NCBI GenBank assembly: GCA_044356215.1
Contig: JBIKWQ010000001.1
Location: 28,311 to 92,310, forward strand
Reading direction: 5' to 3'
DNA from: Bdellovibrionota bacterium
GTDB lineage: Bacteria; Bdellovibrionota_C; UBA2361; OMII01
Length of the DNA stretch: 64,000 nt
Under the pieces are notes generated by a model. It had not been told where the DNA came from. It searched no databases and worked only from the letters and a program-made list of their open reading frames with translations. The position numbers were made by a program, and so were the translations under genes. This document shows positions 51,202 to 62,515 of this stretch, in pieces. Within the stretch, counting starts at the first letter, position 1. Every line of letters starts with the position of its first letter.

Positions 51202-53451
51202 ATGTTTTTGATAAGGCTACATATTCCGCGGCGCCCTCCGTCCGTAGACCAAGCAATTCTTGACATAGAGTGGGGCATCTCAGCTCCGCGTAATTTCTGC
51301 GCCAAGGTCGAGGACATTCATTGCAGCCTTGTGGGTCCGTTCTCTATGGAACTCTATTCAAAAGACAATTGCATTAGCATCTGCATCGCCGGAGACGAAC
51401 CTGTTGTCATGAATATCGCGGGCAACATCTACGGATATAGCGCTGATATAGAGGTCTACCAGATACCTGACTACACGGAATCTTGGAACAGCAATACCTT
51501 AGTTGCTGGGGCCGACCTCTATCTTGAGCTACCGGACATTTATCCGCTTCAGAACTGGAAGGCATTTTCTTGGGATCCATTAACACCGGTATTGACCGCC
51601 TTGGGGAGGATACCAGAAACGGATACGGCGCTTTTGCAGATATTAGACCGTCCAATAGCTGATGGTAATTTATTACAACTTGAGCGCTTCTTCTCCCGCA
51701 TGATCGATAAGGTGCTACGCGTCTTTCGTCCTCGACAATGGCTGCGAACTAAGGGTAATAAGAACACCGCTGCGGCATTAAAAGCCAAGGGGCTTGGGTC
51801 TCTGCACTGGGTAAACTATCGTATCAGCTCACATACAATTCTTCCAAATAACGCCACCAGCGCCGAAATAAGAGAGGCCAAAGAGAGGCTTCGAAGCAAC
51901 ATTATATCGATAGCTAATGCGTCAAAGACTTACAATACAACACACGAGAATAGGCTGCGATTGGGACCTATCCAATACGGTGAATCCATAAAGAAGAAGA
52001 TTATTGAGAGACGCTTTCACTCACCTTTTAAATTAACCAACGAGGAAGTAGCCACGATATGGCATCCTCCTTTCCTTACAACGCTCCCTAACACAGCTCG
52101 CGTACTCTCGCGTAAATTGGCGCCACCGAGAACTCTGCCAACCACCCAGGGAGATCCGCAGATTAGTTTTTTTGGTCGCACTAATTATCGCCAACAGATT
52201 GAGGACTTCGGCATTCGTCGGTTTGACCGACGCCGACACTTATATCTTGTCGGAAAATCAGGCACCGGAAAATCGTGTTTGCTTGAGCTGCTGATTAAGA
52301 GTGATATCGACCAGGGATACGGCTGCGCGGTTTTAGATCCTCACGGAGATCTGATCGATGATATTTTGCGAGTGATCCCGAAACACCGCGTAAATGATGT
52401 GGTTTTATTCGATCCGAGCGATATTGATCATCCCCCGTCATTTAATCCTATGATACCGATCCGTCCCGACCAGAAGATGCGGGTGGCGCTTGGTTTTCTC
52501 GATACATTCAAGCGTGTGGTGGGTCAGTCATGGTCTGACAAGATGGACTATGTTTTGCGTTACGCGATGATCGCTCTTCTTAACGTTCCAGGAACAAGCA
52601 TTGTCTCCTTACGCAGACTTCTATCAGACGACGACTTTCGAAACGAAGTAGTAAAGCGCTCAAACGACGACTCTGTTCGTCGCTTTTGGGAAGTGGAATT
52701 TCCGGCCAACAGATCTGAGTTCGAAGCTGGGCCGATCTCAAAGCTACTTAATCGTCTTGATGAATTACTGGCTACCGATATGATTCGAAATATCTTGGGC
52801 CAGCCGACCAACTCGTTTGATTTCAGAGACTTCATGGATTCTCGCAAGATAGTGCTGTGCAAGGTTTCGAAGGGAGTCCTCGGGCCTGAGAACTCGGCCT
52901 TACTTGGTTCGCTAATCATCTGGAAGATCTATGAAGCCGCCCTGTCTCGCGCCGACACCCCTGAGCCTTCGCGTCAGGATTTTTATTTTTATATAGACGA
53001 GTTTCAGAACTTCGCCACATCATCATTCGGTGAGATCTTAAGTGAATCGCGAAAGTATAGGCTCTGCCTAACTTTCGCTAACCAGTTCCTCGGGCAACTT
53101 CCGCCCGGAGTATCTGACACAGTTTTCGGTAACATCGCCAATCTAATCTCGTTCCGCGTTGGGGCCCAGGATGCCGGTCCGGTGGCTAACGAGCTCAAAC
53201 CTAACATCACCACTGACGATCTTCTTAATTTAGGTTTGCGAAGCTTCTATTCCAAGATGAGTGTGGATGGAGAGGTTCAGGAGGTTTTTTCAGCTTCAAC
53301 GCTAGATGTTCACAGACCTCCCCTCTCGCAAAGTTTCGCCAAGGAGTGTATAGCGCAGTCTCGCAAGAAATACGCTCTACCGATTGCCCAGGCTGAGGAG
53401 CAGTTGGCGCTCTCTGAGATCATGTCGCCGAGATCACTCGGAGCTATCTAA
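51202..53451 (+). CDS. VirD4/TraG/TrwB-like (HerA/FtsK clan) P-loop ATPase, stand-alone
   Basis: DRRRHLYLVGKSGTGKS Walker A, LDPHGDL, FYIDEFQNF Walker B, SESRKYRL.LT.ANQ, FGN. Confidence 0.85.
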   Translation: MFLIRLHIPRRPPSVDQAILDIEWGISAPRNFCAKVEDIHCSLVGPFSMELYSKDNCISICIAGDEPVVMNIAGNIYGYSADIEVYQIPDYTESWNSNTLVAGADLYLELPDIYPLQNWKAFSWDPLTPVLTALGRIPETDTALLQILDRPIADGNLLQLERFFSRMIDKVLRVFRPRQWLRTKGNKNTAAALKAKGLGSLHWVNYRISSHTILPNNATSAEIREAKERLRSNIISIANASKTYNTTHENRLRLGPIQYGESIKKKIIERRFHSPFKLTNEEVATIWHPPFLTTLPNTARVLSRKLAPPRTLPTTQGDPQISFFGRTNYRQQIEDFGIRRFDRRRHLYLVGKSGTGKSCLLELLIKSDIDQGYGCAVLDPHGDLIDDILRVIPKHRVNDVVLFDPSDIDHPPSFNPMIPIRPDQKMRVALGFLDTFKRVVGQSWSDKMDYVLRYAMIALLNVPGTSIVSLRRLLSDDDFRNEVVKRSNDDSVRRFWEVEFPANRSEFEAGPISKLLNRLDELLATDMIRNILGQPTNSFDFRDFMDSRKIVLCKVSKGVLGPENSALLGSLIIWKIYEAALSRADTPEPSRQDFYFYIDEFQNFATSSFGEILSESRKYRLCLTFANQFLGQLPPGVSDTVFGNIANLISFRVGAQDAGPVANELKPNITTDDLLNLGLRSFYSKMSVDGEVQEVFSASTLDVHRPPLSQSFAKECIAQSRKKYALPIAQAEEQLALSEIMSPRSLGAI

Positions 53452-53622
53452 GACTTCGTTTTACCGACGCAAACCAGGGGGTTATTCGAATTGCGTTCTA
53501 GGGAAACTAGCTAGAAACCAGTGCAGTTTCATGTAATCAGCGATTCGTCCCACTTGCGATCGGAATCCTATCATTAGCGTCTGTTTGTTTTTGCCTAATA
53601 ATGGCGGCTAAGGAGGATAGAA

Positions 53623-54735
53623 ATGGCGCAGATGCGAACCATCGCTTTGTTCGGAGCCGGCAAGATCGGGGAAGCGATTACGGCTCTCCTTTCATCATCA
53701 GGCCGTTACGCTACGCGAGTATGCGATGGAGATTTAGCTCACGCTAAACGAATCGCCGATGATTGGTCAAACACCAGTAGTCACCAGTTAAACCTGAAAG
53801 ATCCAGCGGCGACGAGAAGAATACTCAAAGGGTGTGACCTTGTAATAAGCGCCCTCCCCTTCTCATGCAACGCGGCTGTAGCCCAAGCCGCTGCTGATTG
53901 CGATATCGGGTACGCCGACCTAACGGAGGACGTGCGAACATCGCAGCAGATTGCTCACCTGGCGAAAACCGCGGCATCTTGGTTCATGCCACAGTGTGGT
54001 CTCGCTCCAGGTTTCATCAGCATAGCCGCCGCCCACCTGTGCACCCTATTCGATACCGTGCATACACTCAAAATGCGCGTAGGCGCTCTACCAATTTATC
54101 CGACTAACAAACTTAAATACAATCTCACTTGGTCCACAGACGGCCTCATTAACGAATACTGCAATCCGTGCGAGGCTCTGCAAAACGGCAAAATTACCCT
54201 AGTTCCACCGCTAGACGGAATAGAGAGATTCTCTCTGGATGGATGTGAATACGAGGCGTTTAACACATCTGGTGGATTAGGAAGCATGTGTCAAACACTG
54301 CAAGGCAGGGTCGCTGATGTGAATTACAAAACCATCCGTTATCCTGGTCACAGAGATTTAGTGTCGTTTTTGTTGAACGATCTGCGATTTATCGACGACC
54401 GCGACGCGCTAAAGAGGATCTTTGAGAAGAGTATCCCAACCACAACTCAAGACAAATGCGTAATCCTTGTCGAGGCTACCGGCATAAAGGGATCTAAGTT
54501 TGCCCAGAAAACTTACGCGAGCTCAGTTTATAATCAGACGGTAGCTGGCAGACACTTCGGCGCCATTCAGGTGACTACCGCGGCGGGTGTTTGCGGGGCC
54601 ATCGATCTAGTTCTAAACGGCGCTTTAGGGCCAAGGAAGGGATTTATTAAGGTCGAAGAGATCCCGTTTAAAGATTTCTTGTCTAATGAGTTCGGGAAGC
54701 TCTATCTCGATCAGAAAGCGCTTAGCGATCTCTAA
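53623..54735 (+). CDS. saccharopine dehydrogenase / lysine 6-dehydrogenase-like protein
   Basis: GAGKIG, ISALP, PQCGLAPG, YNLTWS.DGLINEY, EAFNTSGGLG, YKTIRYPGH. Confidence 0.88.
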   Translation: MAQMRTIALFGAGKIGEAITALLSSSGRYATRVCDGDLAHAKRIADDWSNTSSHQLNLKDPAATRRILKGCDLVISALPFSCNAAVAQAAADCDIGYADLTEDVRTSQQIAHLAKTAASWFMPQCGLAPGFISIAAAHLCTLFDTVHTLKMRVGALPIYPTNKLKYNLTWSTDGLINEYCNPCEALQNGKITLVPPLDGIERFSLDGCEYEAFNTSGGLGSMCQTLQGRVADVNYKTIRYPGHRDLVSFLLNDLRFIDDRDALKRIFEKSIPTTTQDKCVILVEATGIKGSKFAQKTYASSVYNQTVAGRHFGAIQVTTAAGVCGAIDLVLNGALGPRKGFIKVEEIPFKDFLSNEFGKLYLDQKALSDL

Positions 54736-54738
54736 CTT

Positions 54739-55149
54739 CTAATAAGTAGACGCCCGCCTGCGGAATACATCTTCGATCTTACGCTGAAGTAATCCGATAC
54801 TGATAGGTTTAGCGATGTAATCATCAACACCTAAATTGAGGGCTGAATCTATAACTGGCGCGTCACGCACACCACTGACCATGATAAACGGTACACCAGA
54901 GTATCGCGAATGGTTCCGGAGTATCTCCAGAAGCTCCGTGCCTGACATCCCGTCCATAACCTGATCGCTTATAACTAGATCGAAATCCTCTGAGTCTAAT
55001 TTACCCATCGCCTCACGCGCGTTACGCGCCAGGGTCACATGCTCAAAACCCAGGCTCATTAACATATCTCTGAGCAAGGCCCGTGTGGATGAGGTGTCGT
55101 CAACTACCAGAACATGCCTTTCTAAGATCTTGGCTGTTTCTTCATTCAT
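54739..55149 (-). CDS. single-domain response regulator (CheY-like)
   Basis: VLVVDD, LVISD..M..MSG, IMVS, YIAKP. Confidence 0.9.
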   Translation of the reverse strand: MNEETAKILERHVLVVDDTSSTRALLRDMLMSLGFEHVTLARNAREAMGKLDSEDFDLVISDQVMDGMSGTELLEILRNHSRYSGVPFIMVSGVRDAPVIDSALNLGVDDYIAKPISIGLLQRKIEDVFRRRASTY

Positions 55150-55366
55150 AACAATCCACCGTTAAAAACCAAACAACAATTGATAAGGATCGGAGCGCAC
55201 CGGCGTTACCAACAGACGATCCCAGTTACGTGGATATACGTCACGTTTTAAAGAGACCTTTAGACATATTGCATTATTTTTTTCGACGCAAGTAGATAAC
55301 CTACATATTTCGGGGACTTAAGAGACAATCTTTGACTAGCTCAGATGGCCAAGTTATCATCCAGGA

Positions 55367-55765
55367 ATGGAAGATCTCCTAAGAAAAATGCTGATCGCCA
55401 AGATTCACGGCGCTGTTATAACAGAGGCCAATATCAATTATGAGGGCAGCGTAACTATACCGGCGGACCTACTTGAAGAGACAGGTCTTTTACCTCATGA
55501 AGCTGTATCTGTTTGGAATGTAACAAATGGCGCTCGTTTTGAAACCTATATCCTGAAAGGTCCCGCCGGAAGTCGCGAGTTCCACGTCAACGGTGCCGCC
55601 GCGAGACAAGTTTCCGTTGGAGATCGCGTGATAATCGCTGGTTTCGGGCTGCTCCCACACAGTAAAGCGATTAAGCATGCGCCGGTAATTTTGTTCATGA
55701 ACCACGATAATTCCAAACGTGACATCCGGGCTGAGGCTCCGCGGAAAGTGGTTGGGAATAACTGA
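55367..55765 (+). CDS. panD: aspartate 1-decarboxylase
   Basis: KIH.A..T.A...YEGS cleavage site, NG.RFETY, NGAAAR, GDRVII. Confidence 0.93.
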   Translation: MEDLLRKMLIAKIHGAVITEANINYEGSVTIPADLLEETGLLPHEAVSVWNVTNGARFETYILKGPAGSREFHVNGAAARQVSVGDRVIIAGFGLLPHSKAIKHAPVILFMNHDNSKRDIRAEAPRKVVGNN

Positions 55766-55980
55766 GGAAGAGCAGCAAAACCTCAGCATAGCAAAATCAA
55801 GCACTTACCACACTTGTCACAAGTTGCCGCGCAAACTGGTACAAACTTTTTACAGCTTTGCGGGCTCGTCGTGACAACTCACGCCTTCTGTTGTGAGAAA
55901 ACGCTCATCATCGAATTCGGCGAAACACAGAGATAAGAGCCGGTCGATAAGGTGAATGTTTTTTTTTATAAGGTGTGACC

Positions 55981-56625
55981 ATGAAAGAGCAAAAGATTTC
56001 AGACGTAGCTTTAGTTGAGCAGTTCAGAACGGGAGACCTGACGGCATTCGAGGAGATCCTCTCACGTTACGAGTCAAAGGTTATGAACTTAGCCCTTCGC
56101 TTCACAAGAAACCAAGAGGACGCGGAAGAGGTCATGCAGGATGTCTTCACAACTGTATACCGTAAGATCGAGAGCTTCCGTGGCAACTCGGCTTTCTCAA
56201 GCTGGCTCTATCGCATCGTTGTTAACGCGGCCTTCATGAAGCTCCGCAAAAAGAAACAGAGCCAGACGATCTCAATGGAGGATCTAGCCCCTGCGGTAAA
56301 GCAATACTGCATCGAGCGTGACACAACATCAGGAAACCACTCTTACGGTGTGGCTATTACTAGAGAGCTTCAAGAGGTTCTTCAGAGAGCGATCGATAGA
56401 CTCCCAGATCAATACCGCGCCGTGTTTGTTCTAAGAGATGTTGATGGTCTTTCTAATCAGGAAACAGGACAGATCCTTGATCTCACAATTCCCGCTGTAA
56501 AATCGCGTCTACACCGCTCAAGAATGATGTTGCGCAAGAGGCTACATCGCTACTACGAGGATTTTACAGGAAATAAAGCGGTCCTTGAGGAGAGCCAGAT
56601 GGATGATGATTTGGCGGCGGCTTAA
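55981..56625 (+). CDS. ECF sigma-70 factor (RpoE-like)
   Basis: GD..AF, DAEEV.Q, FSSWLYRI, LP..YR..F.LRD..GLS, VKSRLHR. Confidence 0.9.
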   Translation: MKEQKISDVALVEQFRTGDLTAFEEILSRYESKVMNLALRFTRNQEDAEEVMQDVFTTVYRKIESFRGNSAFSSWLYRIVVNAAFMKLRKKKQSQTISMEDLAPAVKQYCIERDTTSGNHSYGVAITRELQEVLQRAIDRLPDQYRAVFVLRDVDGLSNQETGQILDLTIPAVKSRLHRSRMMLRKRLHRYYEDFTGNKAVLEESQMDDDLAAA

Positions 56626-56633
56626 ACCTATGC

Positions 56634-57188
56634 CTAATTAATCTCCAGATATCGAATCTTTAGCACCTCGATCTCTTGTTGCCCCTTGGGGGAATGAAAA
56701 TTCACAACATCTCCCTCTTGGGCCTTCAAGAGAGCGCGGGCTAAAGGCGAAACCCAACTTATCCTGCCTTTAGCTAGATCAACTTCATCTATTCCGACGA
56801 TGCAATAGGTTCTCTCGCTGTCGTCTTCATAACGCAAGGTAACTGTCGCCCCAAACTGAACACAATCAGATTTTATCAGGAGCGGATCAACGATCTCAGC
56901 CGACTCGAGCCTCTTCGCTAGAAAACGCATCCGCTTGTCGATCTCTCGTAAACGCTTCTTTCCGTAAAGATAGTCTCCATTCTCCGAGCGATCGCCGTTA
57001 CCAGCCGCCCACGATACAACTCGCGTGACCTCTGGGCGCTCCTCATAACGTAGCTTCCTAAGCTCCTGGCGCATCCTCTCAGCGCCCGCCGGGGTCATGT
57101 AGTTTTTTCCACCGGGGACACTGCGGTCCACCTCTGGCTCATTCTCATCGCTAGAATCGCCATCGCCTTTCACAAAAGCTTTACTCAT
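56634..57188 (-). CDS. greB: transcription elongation factor GreB
   Basis: WAAGNGDRSENGDY.YGKKRLREID, ISWVSPLARAL. Confidence 0.95.
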   Translation of the reverse strand: MSKAFVKGDGDSSDENEPEVDRSVPGGKNYMTPAGAERMRQELRKLRYEERPEVTRVVSWAAGNGDRSENGDYLYGKKRLREIDKRMRFLAKRLESAEIVDPLLIKSDCVQFGATVTLRYEDDSERTYCIVGIDEVDLAKGRISWVSPLARALLKAQEGDVVNFHSPKGQQEIEVLKIRYLEIN

Positions 57189-57214
57189 TAATCGAGGATC
57201 TGTCGTAAAAAGAT

Positions 57215-57634
57215 CTATTCCTGAACGGTGATATTGGTCTGAATCCAGGATATCACATCCTGAGTGTGAGTGCCGGGGATAAATATCTCCTTTACTCCTA
57301 ACTTCTTAAGGGCCTCTATATCTTCCTTCGGGATAATTCCCCCGCCAAAAACAGCGATATCATCTGCCCCCTCTTTCTTTAGCTTCTCTAAAAGATCAGG
57401 GAACAGGGTCATATGAGCCCCGGAAAGGATGCTTAGGCCGATACAATCAACGTCTTCTTGAATAGCCGCGCGCACTATATTTTCAGTCGTTTGATGGAGC
57501 CCTGTGTAAATAACTTCCATCCCAGAGTCTCTTAAAGCTCTTGCTATCACCTTTGCTCCGCGATCGTGCCCATCTAGACCGGCCTTAGCGATCAGGATAC
57601 GAACTGGACGGATGGGATTGTTTGAATCGCTCAT
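57215..57634 (-). CDS. acyl-CoA mutase small (cobalamin-binding) subunit
   Basis: [12 protein letters not shown] (DxHxxG), [16 protein letters not shown]. Confidence 0.93.
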   Translation of the reverse strand: MSDSNNPIRPVRILIAKAGLDGHDRGAKVIARALRDSGMEVIYTGLHQTTENIVRAAIQEDVDCIGLSILSGAHMTLFPDLLEKLKKEGADDIAVFGGGIIPKEDIEALKKLGVKEIFIPGTHTQDVISWIQTNITVQE

Positions 57635-57683
57635 ATTTATCTCGCTACGCGCGGGTCTCGCCTCGCTTCCCTTGGCGAAAATG

Positions 57684-59351
57684 CTACAACATCCCCGGAT
57701 CGGAGTACACCCCAAAAACCTCCCGGTATATATCGGAAACCTCTCCGAGGGTAACTCCCTCTTGAACAGCGTCGATTAATACAGGAACAACATTACGGTT
57801 CTCAACGCAGGCGCTCTTTACAGAGGCTAGCGCCGCTTTGTGTCTGTTTTGGTCACGCCTGGCTTTATAAGCCTTTATTCGCTCAACCTGCTTCTTTTCA
57901 GCGGCGTGGTCGATCTTCAAGGTTGGGATCTCCTGTTCACCACCTTCCGTATATTTATTTACGCCAACGATACACTGCTCTTTAGCGTCTACATCGAGTT
58001 GAAACTGATAAGCCGCCTCTGCTATCTCTTTCTGAGGGAAACCGATCTCTACTGCCTTTAACATCCCTCCTAGCGCGTTGATCTGCTTAATATACTCGAG
58101 CGCCTCGCTCTCAATCTCATTAGTGAGCCTCTCGATGTAATAAGAGCCTCCCAAAGGATCTACTGTGTTAGTAACTCCACTCTCCTCTGCTATGATCTGT
58201 TGCGTTCTAAGCGCTACACGAACGGCCTCCTCTGTCGGCAGAGAGAGGGTTTCGTCCATGCTGTTTGTGTGGAGCGACTGCACTCCGCCCAAAACCGCAG
58301 CTAAAGCTTGCAACGCTACTCTGGCCACATTATTAACAGGTTGCTGCGCCGTTAAACTCACTCCTGCTGTCTGAGCATGAGTTCTTAGCTTACATGCAGC
58401 GTCAGTCTTCGCGCCATAACGATCGCGCATCAGTCGAGCCCAGAGCCTTCTCGCCGCCCGGAACTTCGCGATCTCCTCGAAGAAGTCGTTATGAACATCA
58501 AAGAAAAACGAGAGCCTCGGCGCGAAATCATCGATCTTCATCCCTCTTCCGAGACAGTGATCCACGTAACCTAGGCCATCTGCGATCGTGAATGCCAGCT
58601 CTTGCACCGCGGTAGCTCCGGCTTCTCGGATGTGATAGCCGCTGATACTAACTGGATTAAACTTTGGCGCTGAATTAGCGCAGAACTCAATTACATCACA
58701 CACTAATTTAACTGATGGAGGTGGTGGCGATATCCACTCCTTCTGAGCTATGAACTCCTTGAACATATCGTTTTGGATCGTGCCACCGATCTTATCAAAA
58801 GAGATATTTCTCTGCTTCGCTAAGGCGAAATAAAAAGCGAATGCCACCGTCGCCGTGCAATTAATTGTCATCGAGGTCGTCACCTTATCGAGGGCGATAC
58901 CATCGAATAGAACTCCCATATCCTCTAGGGTGGCGACACTCACACCTTCTCTCCCAACCTCTCCTAGAGAACGGGGATGGTCCGGGTCGTACCCCATTAG
59001 GCACGGCATATCAAAAGCTGTAGATAGTCCGGTTTGGCCGTGATCTAGTAGATACTTAAAGCGCTGATTAGTGTCCTCTGGACTGCCGAATCCAGCGAAC
59101 TGGCGCATCGTCCAAACTCTTCCACGATACATCGTTGGCTGCACCCCGCGTGTGAACGGGTACTCTCCGGGGTATCCAAGATCTCTCTGATAATCCACTG
59201 ACCCGCCGTTTTCAGGGGTCACGAGCTCAGGTTGATCCCGAAAACTGATAGAACTAAACTTCACCCTACGCTCTTTCTGCGCCGCATACGCGCTATCACG
59301 CCACTCTTTGTACGAAGCGCTTTTCTTAAATGGCTTTTTACTGTCTGACAT
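57684..59351 (-). CDS. acyl-CoA mutase large subunit (isobutyryl-CoA mutase-like specificity residues)
   Basis: [48 protein letters not shown]. Confidence 0.92.
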   Translation of the reverse strand: MSDSKKPFKKSASYKEWRDSAYAAQKERRVKFSSISFRDQPELVTPENGGSVDYQRDLGYPGEYPFTRGVQPTMYRGRVWTMRQFAGFGSPEDTNQRFKYLLDHGQTGLSTAFDMPCLMGYDPDHPRSLGEVGREGVSVATLEDMGVLFDGIALDKVTTSMTINCTATVAFAFYFALAKQRNISFDKIGGTIQNDMFKEFIAQKEWISPPPPSVKLVCDVIEFCANSAPKFNPVSISGYHIREAGATAVQELAFTIADGLGYVDHCLGRGMKIDDFAPRLSFFFDVHNDFFEEIAKFRAARRLWARLMRDRYGAKTDAACKLRTHAQTAGVSLTAQQPVNNVARVALQALAAVLGGVQSLHTNSMDETLSLPTEEAVRVALRTQQIIAEESGVTNTVDPLGGSYYIERLTNEIESEALEYIKQINALGGMLKAVEIGFPQKEIAEAAYQFQLDVDAKEQCIVGVNKYTEGGEQEIPTLKIDHAAEKKQVERIKAYKARRDQNRHKAALASVKSACVENRNVVPVLIDAVQEGVTLGEVSDIYREVFGVYSDPGML

Positions 59352-59413
59352 AAGCTGCTCTCGATTTGCGAATAAGCGTCCTTGGGGATGTTCCAACTGT
59401 CCGTTCTTCGAGA

Positions 59414-60574
59414 CTACTCTTTTAATAGCTGTGTGGCTATTAATATGCGCTGGATCTCGCTGGTACCCTCGTAAATCTCTGTGATTTTCGCGTCTCTTAG
59501 GTGCCTCTCCGCCGGATAGTCGGTCACGTATCCGTAGCCACCATGGATCTGGATACCTTTAACCGCGCACATCATAGCTGTTTCCGAGGCGAACAGCTTC
59601 GCCATAGCCGCCCGACGTAAATACGACTCATGGCGATCTTTTCGTTTAGCGGCGTCAAGGGTTAGGTAACGCGCACTATCGATGTGGCACACCATATCGG
59701 CTATGTAGTTCTGTATCGACTGGTGCTCGCAGATATGCTTACCGAAGGCCTTGCGCTCTTGGGCGTACTTCAAACTATCGTCAAGAGCGGAACGAGCGAT
59801 CCCGATAGCCTGCGCCGCCACTCCGATTCTTCCGCCATTTAAAGTATTCATCGCCACCAGAAATCCACGATTCTCATCGTGCAACAAAGCGGTCTTTGGC
59901 AACCTGACGTTATCGTATGTAATACTTGAGGTCGGCGAACCACGAATACCCATTTTGTCTTCGCGTTTACCGCAAGAGATTCCCGGCAAATTCATATCGT
60001 GAACAAACGCGGAGATCCCCTTATTCCCTTTACTCGTATCTGATGTGGCGAACACAACACATACTCCGGCCTCGGGGCCGTTAGTTATCCAGTTCTTAGT
60101 ACCATTGAGCACGTACTCGTCACCTTCTCGCCGATATGTGGTCGTGATCGCCGCCGCGTCACTGCCTGTTCCTGGCTCTGAGAGCGCAAAACACCCCAGC
60201 GCTTTTCCTGCCGCTAACTTAGGAAGGAAATAGCTCTTTTGCTCGGGCGTTCCGAAGTCAATAATCGGCGTGATACAAAGTGAGGTGTGCGCGCTGACAA
60301 TAATACCAGTTGAGGCACACGCGGCTGAGAGTTCCTCTATAATCAAAGCGTAAGCTAATGTCGATAATCCCGCTCCACCGTACTCTTGCGGGACTATCGA
60401 CCCCATCAATCCAAGATCTCCCATTTTTGGGAGTAATTCGCGCGGGAAATAGTGCTCGCGATCGATCTTAGCCGCTAGCGGCGCCACTTCTTTCTCGGCG
60501 AAGGCCCTCGCCGTATCACAAGCGAAGTTCTCCTCGTCACTCAATTCAAAAGCGATGCTATCACGCCAAACCAT
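59414..60574 (-). CDS. short-chain (butyryl-CoA-type) acyl-CoA dehydrogenase
   Basis: [48 protein letters not shown]. Confidence 0.93.
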   Translation of the reverse strand: MVWRDSIAFELSDEENFACDTARAFAEKEVAPLAAKIDREHYFPRELLPKMGDLGLMGSIVPQEYGGAGLSTLAYALIIEELSAACASTGIIVSAHTSLCITPIIDFGTPEQKSYFLPKLAAGKALGCFALSEPGTGSDAAAITTTYRREGDEYVLNGTKNWITNGPEAGVCVVFATSDTSKGNKGISAFVHDMNLPGISCGKREDKMGIRGSPTSSITYDNVRLPKTALLHDENRGFLVAMNTLNGGRIGVAAQAIGIARSALDDSLKYAQERKAFGKHICEHQSIQNYIADMVCHIDSARYLTLDAAKRKDRHESYLRRAAMAKLFASETAMMCAVKGIQIHGGYGYVTDYPAERHLRDAKITEIYEGTSEIQRILIATQLLKE

Positions 60575-60596
60575 ATAACATTACTCCCCTTACCTA

Positions 60597-61382
60597 CTAA
60601 CGACCGGTGAAAGCCGGCTTACGCTTCTGCAAGAAAGCGTCCATTCCCTCTTCTCGATCCGCAGTACCGAACAACCTCAAGAACTCCTCTACCTCAAGAC
60701 GGAGGCCGGAGAGAAGTGTTGTCTCTTGCGAGCGATTAATTACTTTCTTCGCTCCCTGCACCGCCAAAGGCGCCTTACTCGCGATCAGCTCTGCCAGAGC
60801 TTGGACCTGATCAAAGAACTGAGCGTCCGAAAATACCTTATCGGCTAATCCAATTGTGAATGCCTCACTAGCTGATAGGAGATCTGCCGTGTAACACAAC
60901 CTACGCGCCTGCCCGATACCACAGCGATGGATTAAACGCTGAGTTCCACCGAATCCAGGGATGATTCCTAAATTAACTTCTGGCTGTCCAAGCCTCGCAC
61001 TCTCGGCGCACACGATCAGATCACACGCCAAAGCTAACTCCAAGCCGCCTCCTAGCGCAAAACCGTTAATCGCGGCCACCACAGGTAGCGCGCAAGTTTC
61101 GATCGCGCGCATCACCCGTTGCCCCAGTTCGAGATAATCCGCCATCGGCCGAGATCCCAACTGTGACATGGAACGAATATCAGCTCCGGCGATAAAAGCC
61201 TTAGGACCAGAGCCGCGAATAACAACTACTCGAGCGTCTTTCGCGCGCGCTATATCCTCAAACTCAAGGATCAAGCTCTGTAGAACATCAGGATTAAGCG
61301 CGTTGAGGCTCTCTGGTCTGTTTACCGTGATCGTGTGGACCGTTCCTGTCCGATTTATCTGCAAACAATTTTCCTGTGTCAT
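60597..61382 (-). CDS. enoyl-CoA hydratase (crotonase)
   Basis: AFIAGADI, GFALGGGLELALACD, GQPEVNLGIIPGFGGTQRL. Confidence 0.93.
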   Translation of the reverse strand: MTQENCLQINRTGTVHTITVNRPESLNALNPDVLQSLILEFEDIARAKDARVVVIRGSGPKAFIAGADIRSMSQLGSRPMADYLELGQRVMRAIETCALPVVAAINGFALGGGLELALACDLIVCAESARLGQPEVNLGIIPGFGGTQRLIHRCGIGQARRLCYTADLLSASEAFTIGLADKVFSDAQFFDQVQALAELIASKAPLAVQGAKKVINRSQETTLLSGLRLEVEEFLRLFGTADREEGMDAFLQKRKPAFTGR

Positions 61383-61432
61383 AGTTCTCCGAATAAAAAT
61401 AAAAGATCGCGAAGGGATCAAAACTCAATCGA

Positions 61433-61798
61433 TTATCCCGGCGGCCACTCCATCTTCCTGCCCCCAAGCAGATGCAGGTGCAGGTGGAAGACGGTCTGGC
61501 CACCATTGTCCCCGATGTTAGTGACTATTCGATAACCTGCTTGATCGAGCCCGTCTCTTCGGGCGATCTCAGCCGCGGCGAGCATTAGCTTACCCAGTAG
61601 AGTAGCGTCGCTCTCGCTGGCTTGAGCCACGCTACGGATCGGTTTCTTAGGAATAACTAGGATGTGAGTTGGCGCTACCGGCGAGATATCACGAAAAGCT
61701 AAGAGATCATCATTCTCGAAGATGATCTGAGCCGGGATCTCTTTTCTGATTATCTTGCCGAAAATTGTGTCACCGCCTTGAGTTAAACTCTCGCTCAT
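61433..61798 (-). CDS. hinT: histidine triad nucleotide-binding protein
   Basis: [38 protein letters not shown]. Confidence 0.93.
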   Translation of the reverse strand: MSESLTQGGDTIFGKIIRKEIPAQIIFENDDLLAFRDISPVAPTHILVIPKKPIRSVAQASESDATLLGKLMLAAAEIARRDGLDQAGYRIVTNIGDNGGQTVFHLHLHLLGGRKMEWPPG

Positions 61799-62020
61799 AC
61801 ATATCTCATAAAAAGAGTTCAATATCTGAAACTCCCGCTAATACCGGGGAAAATAACATGTAGGGGTGTGTCGGGCCAGTCGAAAGTTGTGGAGGATTTG
61901 GGGGTTGGCGAAGGGGGTAATAGCTGTTTTTGAACAGAAGTGTGGATCGCAATTACACCACGGTCTATGCTGTACCCGGCCGCCCAGTGTGATCGATTTC
62001 ATCTTTACTTGAGGCATTCT

Positions 62021-62446
62021 ATGAACGCAAAGCCAGAACGGACAAACGACGGAAGCACGCTTGAGTATTTGAATAATATTCCGGGTACGCCGGCTCCCGC
62101 GCCATTTTTCTCGCAATTGGTTTGGGCAGGAGATACGGCCTACCTAGCTGGTATTATCGCTCTAGATCCGGCGACGGGAAAGCTCGTCGAGGGCGGAATT
62201 GTTGCTGAAACCGAACGCGTTCTTGATAACATTGAGGCAGTGCTCGTCGGAGCGGGCCTCACCTTTGCTCACGTGGCTCGGGTGACTGTGTACCTTGCTG
62301 ATATCGCGGATGCTTCGAAAATGAATGAGATCTACACTCGTAGAATCGGTCAGTTTCGCCCCGCTCGAGAAATGATGGCGGTGAGTGGGCTAGCGTTTGG
62401 GGCGAAGATTGAGATGACTGTGATTGCTTATTGTGAGAGGAGATAG
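62021..62446 (+). CDS. RidA/YjgF family enamine deaminase
   Basis: FSQ, ...AG.I..DP, MNEIY, PAR, KIE. Confidence 0.88.
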   Translation: MNAKPERTNDGSTLEYLNNIPGTPAPAPFFSQLVWAGDTAYLAGIIALDPATGKLVEGGIVAETERVLDNIEAVLVGAGLTFAHVARVTVYLADIADASKMNEIYTRRIGQFRPAREMMAVSGLAFGAKIEMTVIAYCERR

Positions 62447-62515
62447 GTATTGGCGGTGGATCTTCCTAGACGACGGCCAGCGCGGTATGATTAAACTTCT
62501 ATTTGGCCTATTAAA

